Shown here: positions 25,994-32,889 of the stretch, in pieces | How the letters are laid out: each line of letters starts with the position of its first letter | Position numbering within the stretch: the stretch's first letter is position 1 | Source: an uncultured Gammaproteobacteria bacterium | GTDB lineage: Bacteria; Patescibacteriota; Patescibacteriia; Magasanikbacterales; GWA2-37-8 | Reading direction: 5' to 3' | NCBI GenBank assembly: GCA_964363685.1 | Contig: CAYIJG010000003.1 | Span: forward strand, 1 to 35,185 | Length of the DNA stretch: 35,185 bases | Notes under the pieces: generated by a model | Seen by the model: only the letters and a program-made list of their open reading frames with translations | Told to the model about the DNA's origin: nothing | Databases searched by the model: none | Position numbers and translations under genes: made by a program

Positions 25994-26704
25994 CTAAGCG
26001 AACCGTTTGTTATGAGCAAAGATAAAGCCCATAGTTTTATCAAACTTTGAAGGAAAAACTTGGACCGCAAAACCACTTGTCCTTAATTTTTCCTCAATAT
26101 CTCGGCTCTTTTCCCTACCCATATGGTACTCCAAAATCACATAATTAACCACGGATAAATCTTTCTCCGACATCCCCTCAAATACCTCATACTCCCCTCC
26201 TTCAATATCAAACTTGATCAAAGATATTTTTTTGATTTTATTTTGTTTGCAAAAATCGGCAAACGACATTGATTGTACTTCTATGGTTTTACTGTCATTT
26301 CGAGCGGAGTGAAGCGGAGTCGAGAAATCCCTTACACTATGGTTAAGGGATCCCTCCATTTCAGTCGGGATGACACTGAACTCAAGTTCTGCCAAAGTAT
26401 GATTATGACTATCTTCAGCCACCACAAGCTGTCTAGCGCCACTCTCTCGAGCCAAAGCTCCGGCTACCACTTCTACCCTTGAAATTTTATTTATCTTCAA
26501 ATGTTTTTTGAGCGCTTCTAAATTATTTGGTTCAGGTTCTATCGCAAAAATTTTTACTTTCTCGTTTAACGCTCGAGAATACATACTAAAAAATCCGGCA
26601 TGAGCGCCCACGTCAATTATAGGATGCTTGGCATTTTTGATAACTTCGTCAGCCACGCGATATTCTTTAAACTTAAAAATTTCATTAAAAACACTCTCAT
26701 CCAC
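25994..26704 (-). CDS. FkbM-family SAM-dependent methyltransferase carrying an in-frame repeat insertion
   Basis: IIDVGAHAGFFS (SAM motif I) and IKFDIEGGEYEVF (FkbM hallmark). The central segment ...VRDFSTPLHSARND... is encoded by an 81-bp MITE-like palindrome. Confidence 0.7.
   Translation of the reverse strand: MDESVFNEIFKFKEYRVADEVIKNAKHPIIDVGAHAGFFSMYSRALNEKVKIFAIEPEPNNLEALKKHLKINKISRVEVVAGALARESGARQLVVAEDSHNHTLAELEFSVIPTEMEGSLNHSVRDFSTPLHSARNDSKTIEVQSMSFADFCKQNKIKKISLIKFDIEGGEYEVFEGMSEKDLSVVNYVILEYHMGREKSRDIEEKLRTSGFAVQVFPSKFDKTMGFIFAHNKRFA
26294..26374. mobile_element. MITE-like palindromic element (GTCAT...ATCCCTTA / TAAGGGAT...ATGAC) inside the methyltransferase ORF
   Basis: Inverted arms GTCATTTCGAGCGGAGTGAAGCGGAGTCGAGAAATCCCTTA and TAAGGGATCCCTCCATTTCAGTCGGGATGAC. 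Length 81 bp, a multiple of 3. Related to the element at 33783-33924. Confidence 0.7.
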
Positions 26705-26781
26705 TTCGTCTCGGAGATTAACTTGCCAATTTTGATTGTTGAATTTTAGAGGGGTTAAACTAATACTATTAATTAGATAAT

Positions 26782-27417
26782 TTAAATGAATTTATAAAAC
26801 CAAAATACCGCGCTAAATAACTTATTCATTAATACCCCATTAAACACAAAATTGTCAACTATCAAAATGCCTATAAAAATATATTGACCATTCTTCATTA
26901 AAAAATTGGCTATCTTGAGAGAATTAAATTTTTGCAATAAATCAAGGACTAGTTTTGAACCATCAAATGGCGGTAAAGGAATAAGGTTCGTCACCAAAAA
27001 TAAAGCATTTATCAATATAAATGATTGTAAAAATAAACTAACGTTTAAAGCCAGTGGCAATCCTGTCCAAGCTACTACAAATTTACCGGCAAAAATAACT
27101 ACAACTAAAATAATAAGATTTGCCAACGGACCTGCCAAAGCCACCAGAGTAGAACCAAAACCAGGATAACGAAGACTAGTCGGGTCAAATTTTACCGGCT
27201 TGGCCCAACCAACACCAAACAATAACAACAAAAGCAATCCTAGTGGATCGATATGAGAAAAAGGCAATAAAGACAGTCGGCCATCGTTTTTTGGTCTCTG
27301 GTCCCCCAAAATATAAGCTGCCAAAGCGTGGCCAAACTCATGAACTGTCAGACTAACTAAAGAGGCTACTAACCAAAATATTGCTCCCCATGGAGAAATT
27401 AAAAAAAATGAAGGCAT
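26782..27417 (-). CDS. site-2 protease family (peptidase M50) membrane metalloprotease
   Basis: 211-aa polytopic ORF with the HEFGHALAA zinc motif and LPFSHIDPLG. Confidence 0.8.
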   Translation of the reverse strand: MPSFFLISPWGAIFWLVASLVSLTVHEFGHALAAYILGDQRPKNDGRLSLLPFSHIDPLGLLLLLLFGVGWAKPVKFDPTSLRYPGFGSTLVALAGPLANLIILVVVIFAGKFVVAWTGLPLALNVSLFLQSFILINALFLVTNLIPLPPFDGSKLVLDLLQKFNSLKIANFLMKNGQYIFIGILIVDNFVFNGVLMNKLFSAVFWFYKFI

Positions 27418-27428
27418 AAGCTATTTTC

Positions 27429-28586
27429 TTAGATTAACTCTCCTACTGGCAGGCTTGTCCAGTCAGAAACAATTTGTTTGATATCGTTTTCTGTGACAAC
27501 TGGCGACCCTTCGGCATTTTCAATTTTTATATCATCTAGAGCTTTAATTAGATGCTCTATCTTATGACGAACTTCGGCCACTTCAGAATCATCTTTCATC
27601 TCTGACTCAAGTTTTTTAAAATGATTCAGCTCCGCTTCTAACTCTTGCTTATGCTCTAAAATCTCAGCTTTAAAAATCTGTTTATTACCGCCAGCGGCAT
27701 GCAACAATCCTGCCACATGCAAATGTTCGTGGCTTGCTTCTATTCCCGCCTTAGCGCCTGCCTCATCAATCAAATCGATGGCTTTATCAGGTAAATAGCG
27801 CCCTTTGATATATTTTGATAGATGAACGGCCGCTTGCAAGGCTTCATCAGAAAATTTAACCTGATGATGATCTTCGTAGACTTTTTTTATGCCACGGATT
27901 ATTTCTAGCGCATCTGCATCTTTTGGTTCATTGACTATAATTGGCTGAAACCGACGATCGAGAGCATCGTCCGGCCGAATAAACTCTTCATACTCCCTGG
28001 AAGTGGTCGCGCCGATAGTTTGCAAATCACCCCGAGCCAAAGCCGGTTTCAAGATATCAGAAACATTTAACGCGCCTTCTGAACCCTTGGCCTGCACAAT
28101 CATGTGCACCTCATCAATAAACAAAATAATTTGGCGCTTAGCCTTAAGAATTTCTGAAAGTAATTTCTTTACCCGCTCTTCAAATTCACCCCGATATTTA
28201 GTACCAGAAATCATCCCTCCCAAATCGAGAGCCAAGACACGTTTATTTTGCAAATTTTTGGGAACATCTCCAGAAGCAATCCGCAAGACCAACCCTTCCA
28301 CAACCGCAGTTTTACCCACACCGGGAGCGCCAAGAAGAATAGGATTATTTTTTGTTTTTCGCGAAAGAATATGAATCATTCTTTCTGTTTCTTCTTCTCT
28401 GCCAAAAACTAATTCAAGCTTGCCCATCTTTGCTTCAGCGGTTAAATCTTTGGTGTAGGCTGGTAAAAAATTCACTCCATTTCCAAATTTAGGATATTTA
28501 CGCCACAACAAATACAAACCAACAAGTACAATAAATACGACAAGAGTCCAGGGATTTGTAACGAGGCTTTGTATAAATGGAGGCAT
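27429..28586 (-). CDS. membrane-anchored Clp/Hsp100-type AAA+ ATPase (single D1-like module)
   Basis: N-terminal TM. GREEETERMIHILSRKTKNNPILLGAPGVGKTAVVEGL (Walker A), ILFIDEVHMIV (Walker B), GATTSREYEEFI...DALDRRFQPI. No second AAA module. Confidence 0.8.
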   Translation of the reverse strand: MPPFIQSLVTNPWTLVVFIVLVGLYLLWRKYPKFGNGVNFLPAYTKDLTAEAKMGKLELVFGREEETERMIHILSRKTKNNPILLGAPGVGKTAVVEGLVLRIASGDVPKNLQNKRVLALDLGGMISGTKYRGEFEERVKKLLSEILKAKRQIILFIDEVHMIVQAKGSEGALNVSDILKPALARGDLQTIGATTSREYEEFIRPDDALDRRFQPIIVNEPKDADALEIIRGIKKVYEDHHQVKFSDEALQAAVHLSKYIKGRYLPDKAIDLIDEAGAKAGIEASHEHLHVAGLLHAAGGNKQIFKAEILEHKQELEAELNHFKKLESEMKDDSEVAEVRHKIEHLIKALDDIKIENAEGSPVVTENDIKQIVSDWTSLPVGELI

Positions 28587-28636
28587 GCTAATTTTTTAAC
28601 TTATTTAAGAGTATGTAACGGGAACAGTACTAATAT

Positions 28637-29083
28637 TTACATGCCAGCGACACAATAAATACTTTCTGGAGAAACATGTCTGACACCATTAACACAAGTT
28701 CCTGTTTTTATCCAAGTCCTGGTTTGTCTCCCTGAGTTTGGACAAACTCTTGGGGTGACTGCGCTTGTCCAATCAGCTTCGGTACAGACAGGTGTGGTAG
28801 AGAGAGTTGAGCTAGTGCTGGTCGATGGAGTAGGTTGAGGACCGCTTACCCCAACAGTAGAACTAGAAGGTGGTGGTGTTGTGACAGGACCAGACGCCCC
28901 GACGGTAGAAGTATTACCAGTAGGCGTGGTTGTTGAAGAGGATGGAACAAGCTTACTATTTATAAGTCCCTTTTTTTGAAGCACAACTAGTCCTGCAACT
29001 ATACTTCCTAAAGCTAAAAATCCGACGATTACTTTGGTGCTTGTTTTTATACTTGTTTTGGTGGTTGTGCCTAGGTTATTCAT
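28637..29083 (-). CDS. membrane-anchored Thr/Ser/Pro-rich surface protein
   Basis: 148-aa ORF. The N-terminal 31 residues are nearly identical to those of the next gene. Low-complexity linker and Cys-containing C-terminal module. Confidence 0.6.
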   Translation of the reverse strand: MNNLGTTTKTSIKTSTKVIVGFLALGSIVAGLVVLQKKGLINSKLVPSSSTTTPTGNTSTVGASGPVTTPPPSSSTVGVSGPQPTPSTSTSSTLSTTPVCTEADWTSAVTPRVCPNSGRQTRTWIKTGTCVNGVRHVSPESIYCVAGM

Positions 29084-29118
29084 ATTTTAAATATGATATT
29101 AATAAAATAACTTGACTA

Positions 29119-30990
29119 CTATAAAGAATAATTCAAAACTCCACCATCAACTACATATGAATCTGATGCTGAGAACGGACCCATTTCACTCCCAAAAATA
29201 GGGGTATAAAAATACTCCAAATCTCCAGTTCTCCAAGCAACAGCGCCCCAACCAATTGAACCAGAAATAAAAGGACGGAGACTTATATTTACTGGGAATT
29301 GACCAGGTTGAATCATATCGACTGTACTAGCTGTAACAATAAGTGTTCTAGAAGCTCCTGGAGAAATAGCAAAGTAATCCAACAAAGCATTAATGTCGTT
29401 ACTTGCATTGAAAGTAATAGTAGTCGTAGGTACGGTACTTGAGGTAATTACAGCATTTGATTGAGCTAGGTAGGTACCCAAAGCCCCATTCCCATTATCT
29501 TCGTATAGTCTGAAGTCGTTAATTAATCCTAAACCGAGACCAGACTTTATTACAGAAACTTTAACAGAAGAAAATCTTAAATCACGAGTGCCGGCATTTG
29601 TAACAGTAAATTTAAATATTTTAGCCCTAGAATCTAAAGACAAAGTATTACCAAGAGACGCGCTAGATATTACAGGGAAAGCATCATGAAAAACATTTGG
29701 TCTTGATCTGGCAAATCTGGATTCTAAAGGACCAGTAGCGCTATCTAAATTATAATTTATATTTTGACGACCTAAAGATACACCAAAAGGATCAAACGCC
29801 TCTATATCACTACTCTGGTCGCTGGCTATCACAAAAGCTGTAGGCACATTGTTGACCATTGTGCCAGAAGGATTTATATTACCTTTTAAGGTATAAACCT
29901 TATCGCCATTGGCTGGGATACTTGAGACAAAACCACTAAACACAACGATGCCTTGAACATAATTACCTGTAGCTAATAAATTAGTCCCATCATATAAAGA
30001 TAATGTCCCAAACGTGCCAAGAGTGGAAAGCAAAGCGCCTCCGTTTGGATTTACAGTCTGAAGAGTTAATTTCATTAAATTTACTCTACTATCCAAACCA
30101 CTAGCACGGGCACCAATCCTCCATTTACCTAACTGTACACCGACTGAATCAGGTCCATAAATTCTAGAATCCGAAACGACGTCAATGTTGTTAATATTAA
30201 GACTGGCGGTCGTTGTGACAGTTGTTGTTGTTGGTGTTGGGGTAGAGGTTGGAGTGGGGGTCGAAGAGCAGGGATGCGAACCACAACCACTTGTGGCACA
30301 ACGGGTAGATTTCCATTGGCCCTGTGAATTATAGAGCGCCATCTGCCATTGTGCGCTGTTTGAATTTGTAGCGCAGTATACGGTCATTAGCGAATTATTA
30401 ACACTGTTTGTACATATTAACGCTAACTCCTCAAAAGTGGACGCTTCTGGATGATTTTGTTTGGCATAGCCAGCGGCAGAATTGGCACTAAAATAACCTG
30501 GTAAATTGGTGTATTCGTTACGCACGATACAAGCACCGATATCTTGAGTCAACGGAGTTGGGGTGGTGGTTGGAGTTGGCGGAGTGGTGGTTGGGGCTGT
30601 AAGAGGAACACATCTGCCATCAAGACACTTTGTAGTTACTGCTGGACAGAGAGAATTAACTGAAGCTATAGAAGTTTTTGTACCACAATAATATTCTTTT
30701 ACTTCTTCTTTGCTTAAACAAACATCTGCGTTTGAAGTAACTGGAACGCCATTTTGATCTTGGAGACTGGTAACACCCGCTATATCTATTCTTATTCCCC
30801 CGTCGGAATCATTACAGGCAAGATTACTTGGGGTGGTAGTTGGAGGAGGAAAAATGGTTGGGGCAAAAAGCTTCGACTTGTTTTTAAATAAAACTACGCC
30901 TGCCACTATACTTCCTAAAGCTAAAAATCCGACGATTACTTTGGTACTTGTTTTTACACCTGTTTTAGTGGCTGTGCCAAAATTATCCAT
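29119..30990 (-). CDS. large membrane-anchored surface protein
   Basis: 623-aa ORF with an N-terminal anchor. Its C.DSDGG...EYYCG...C.DGRCV module is shared with the 11601-12602 lipoprotein. Pro/Thr linkers and a large beta-rich C-terminal region. Confidence 0.7.
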   Translation of the reverse strand: MDNFGTATKTGVKTSTKVIVGFLALGSIVAGVVLFKNKSKLFAPTIFPPPTTTPSNLACNDSDGGIRIDIAGVTSLQDQNGVPVTSNADVCLSKEEVKEYYCGTKTSIASVNSLCPAVTTKCLDGRCVPLTAPTTTPPTPTTTPTPLTQDIGACIVRNEYTNLPGYFSANSAAGYAKQNHPEASTFEELALICTNSVNNSLMTVYCATNSNSAQWQMALYNSQGQWKSTRCATSGCGSHPCSSTPTPTSTPTPTTTTVTTTASLNINNIDVVSDSRIYGPDSVGVQLGKWRIGARASGLDSRVNLMKLTLQTVNPNGGALLSTLGTFGTLSLYDGTNLLATGNYVQGIVVFSGFVSSIPANGDKVYTLKGNINPSGTMVNNVPTAFVIASDQSSDIEAFDPFGVSLGRQNINYNLDSATGPLESRFARSRPNVFHDAFPVISSASLGNTLSLDSRAKIFKFTVTNAGTRDLRFSSVKVSVIKSGLGLGLINDFRLYEDNGNGALGTYLAQSNAVITSSTVPTTTITFNASNDINALLDYFAISPGASRTLIVTASTVDMIQPGQFPVNISLRPFISGSIGWGAVAWRTGDLEYFYTPIFGSEMGPFSASDSYVVDGGVLNYSL

Positions 30991-31039
30991 ATTTTGAAAT
31001 ATGCTACTAAAAGCATAATTAATAAATAAAACTGGTATT

Positions 31040-31069
31040 ATTATACACCGCCTTGTTTAAAATAACCAA
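31040..31069 (-). promoter_or_regulatory. sigma70-type promoter of the 623-aa surface protein gene (TTGGTT-18-TATAAT)
   Basis: Minus-strand TTGGTT at 31069-31064 and TATAAT at 31045-31040, immediately downstream of a GGATAAGT motif. Confidence 0.55.
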
Positions 31070-31095
31070 TACTTATCCCCCTTCATTATTTTTAT

Positions 31096-31162
31096 AAAAA
31101 CAAAAAGTCGCCTGTCTACTAGTTTCTACGAATTTGTAAAAAATAATAGGCAATGGGCGACT
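31096..31162 (-). terminator. T module of cassette alpha (long-loop hairpin + U tail)
   Basis: Minus-strand AGTCGCC-CAT-TGCCTA-28 nt AT loop-TAGACA-GGCGACT followed by TTTTTGTTTTT. About 80% identical to 31736-31803 with compensatory stem changes. Confidence 0.65.
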
Positions 31163-31203
31163 CTCTGCGAACCCATTTTGTCCAGCAGGCGCGCTTTCTT
31201 TAA

Positions 31204-31467
31204 TCAAGCACGCGGAGAAGAAGGGCTGGCAGGCTCCAAGTTCGTGTAGAACAAACACTTGAACTTGACAGTTCCGCCAATTGCTTCTCCCAGCGTTGGA
31301 AACGACTCAGCCCCAGCAAAGAGGTTGGTGATATGCACCATCATCTCGGGTGAAATCTTCCCATCCCCATGAGAAGGAATAGCCTCACAACGTCGGCCCT
31401 TGCTGGGAGAGAAAGAAGCGTTTCGTCCCCTGCCACGAACCAAGACAAACAATTCAACCTCGCTCAT
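31204..31467 (-). CDS. foreign GC-rich ORF alpha, hypothetical 87-aa protein
   Basis: Start set at the ATG (31467), 9 nt after AGGTGG. MSEVELFVLVRGRGR... Sits between the P and T modules; no family recognised. Confidence 0.5.
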   Translation of the reverse strand: MSEVELFVLVRGRGRNASFSPSKGRRCEAIPSHGDGKISPEMMVHITNLFAGAESFPTLGEAIGGTVKFKCLFYTNLEPASPSSPRA

Positions 31468-31675
31468 AGCAGGAAACCACCTTCTGAGCTGGAGAAAAAA
31501 AGAAAGTTCCAAAATGGGAGGCCGAGTGGCCTTGGCAAGTCAGAAGACCTGCCGAACTTTCACATCCACATCAGTTTGCATGCTTGCTACCTAAAATATT
31601 TTAGATAAAAAATATGCAAACCAATTTGGAATAATTTTTTCTCAAAAGTGGGTTAAAAAAATAAAGAACTGCATA

Positions 31676-31704
31676 ATTATAGTCACAAAAAATTTGTATG
31701 TCAA
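31676..31704 (-). promoter_or_regulatory. P module of cassette alpha: perfect consensus promoter TTGACA-17-TATAAT
   Basis: Minus-strand TTGACA at 31704-31699 and TATAAT at 31681-31676, followed by the conserved TATGCAGTTCTTTA. Confidence 0.7.
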
Positions 31705-31735
31705 TATAAAACTTATCCACTTTTATTAATCTTAT

Positions 31736-31803
31736 AAAAACAAAAAGACCGCCTGCTCACTAGTTTCTACAATAAGTAAAAAATAATGAGCATGAAGGCG
31801 GTC
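31736..31803 (-). terminator. T module of cassette beta (long-loop hairpin + U tail)
   Basis: Minus-strand GACCGCC-TTCA-TGCTCA-27 nt AT loop-TGAGCA-GGCGGTC followed by TTTTTGTTTTT. Confidence 0.65.
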
Positions 31804-31875
31804 GTCTGTCGAACAGGCGAGCTCCTCCAAGCTCACTGCTTGCGCCCGTCCCTTGTGGGGCGGGATTGGGGTTGA

Positions 31876-32283
31876 TCAGACCCGCTGTTCGCGCCGATCG
31901 GCGAGGTACGGGCGGCGGCGCTGACGCGGGAGACGCGGCTGGATGTCGATGTCCATGTCCCAGGCCACCTGAGCGAAGGACGCACGCTTGAACGAACGAC
32001 GAACCACCGACGCGTCGCGCCGATCCACCTCCACCATGTCCAGGTTCTGGAGCACGGACACGAAGCGCACGGCCTCCCCGAGCGTCTCCACGCAGTGGGT
32101 GATGTGGAACACCGGGAAGAAGGCCTGGATCTGGGTGATCTCGGACTCCTTCGAGAGGGTCGGGACGATGCTGCGCTGCTCCGGCGGCACCTGGCCGACC
32201 GGGATCAGCCCCACATGGAACTGCATGCGCTGCCCTTTGCTGCGAGGCGCCTGGGACTCGATGATACACGGGATGAATGACAT
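31876..32283 (-). CDS. foreign high-G+C ORF beta, hypothetical 135-aa protein
   Basis: Start at the ATG (32283), 8 nt after GGGGAG. In the first about 40 codons I read, nearly every third position is G or C. MSFIPCIIESQAPRSKGQRMQFHVGLIPVGQ... No family recognised. Confidence 0.65.
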   Translation of the reverse strand: MSFIPCIIESQAPRSKGQRMQFHVGLIPVGQVPPEQRSIVPTLSKESEITQIQAFFPVFHITHCVETLGEAVRFVSVLQNLDMVEVDRRDASVVRRSFKRASFAQVAWDMDIDIQPRLPRQRRRPYLADRREQRV

Positions 32284-32480
32284 TGCGTACACTCCCCACG
32301 ACAGATCACGAAAGCTCCGTATGGAAGGTCACTCGACCTCAGACTATCGCAAACGCGACGGTCTAGCTTCCAATAACTATACAATTTAGTGCCATGCTGA
32401 ACGAAAAGAAAAACTTAACAGAAATTCTTCGCTTCATTCAGAATGACAACTAAAAATTGAGAGATTTAAAGAACTGCAAA

Positions 32481-32509
32481 ATTATAGCCATAAAACCCCT
32501 AAATGTCAA
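32481..32509 (-). promoter_or_regulatory. P module of cassette beta: perfect consensus promoter TTGACA-17-TATAAT
   Basis: Minus-strand TTGACA at 32509-32504 and TATAAT at 32486-32481, followed by the conserved TTTGCAGTTCTTTA. Confidence 0.7.
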
Positions 32510-32542
32510 GGTAAAACTTATCCACCGCTATATTTTTAAAAC

Positions 32543-32580
32543 AAATAACCCCGCCCCGCATATGCGGGGCGGGGTTATTT
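32543..32580 (-). terminator. G/C-rich hairpin terminator of the DUF378 gene
   Basis: AAATAACCCCGCCCCGC-ATAT-GCGGGGCGGGGTTATTT, followed on the minus strand by a T-rich run. Same 13-bp core stem as 8364-8393. Confidence 0.7.
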
Positions 32581-32598
32581 GTTTTTGTCTGAAAAAGT

Positions 32599-32823
32599 TT
32601 ACACCATCGGTTTTTTTTCACAACATTTACAATCTTTCTTGTGAGTAGATAAAACAACGATAGCTGAAAGACCGACTAAGACATAGATTACTCTGGAAAG
32701 CGTTGCGCCTTGACCGCCAAAGAGCACGCCGATGTCCCAATTAAATAAACCAACGAGTAACCAGTTTAAACCGCCAATAACAAGTAGCAAAAATGCTACC
32801 ATGTGTAATTTTGAATTTTGCAT
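32599..32823 (-). CDS. DUF378-family small membrane protein
   Basis: 74-aa ORF. LLLVIGGLNWLLVGLFNWDIGVLFGG..ATLSRVIYVLVGLSAI is the DUF378 signature. Strong SD AAAGGAGGTGA. Confidence 0.8.
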   Translation of the reverse strand: MQNSKLHMVAFLLLVIGGLNWLLVGLFNWDIGVLFGGQGATLSRVIYVLVGLSAIVVLSTHKKDCKCCEKKPMV

Positions 32824-32889
32824 AATATTTTGTCACCTCCTTTCGGTTGGAAATCCTAAATACTAAAAACTAAATTCTAAAAAACGCAA

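Noticed and set aside
31073-31608. Track ORFs 31073-31258 (-), 31369-31608 (+) and 31400-31594 (+), and the N-terminal extension of 31204-31512.
   Set aside because: They run through the terminator module or leader, or lie antisense to ORF alpha. The promoter, SD and terminator arrangement supports only the minus-strand 31204-31467 frame, and even that call is moderate.
32314-32345. Group II intron domain V-like sequence (GCTCCGTATGG...) in the beta leader and R repeats.
   Set aside because: The required roughly 34-nt hairpin with a GAAA-type loop and complementary ATACGG arm is absent, as are the 5' GTGYG boundary and a maturase.
31760-32389. Track ORFs 31760-32299 (-), 31988-32389 (+) and 32095-32280 (+), which overlap ORF beta.
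   Set aside because: Their translations are Arg/Pro/Gly/Ala-rich, as expected from off-frame reading of stop-poor GC-rich DNA. Only the 31876-32283 frame has an SD plus ATG and G/C concentrated at third positions.
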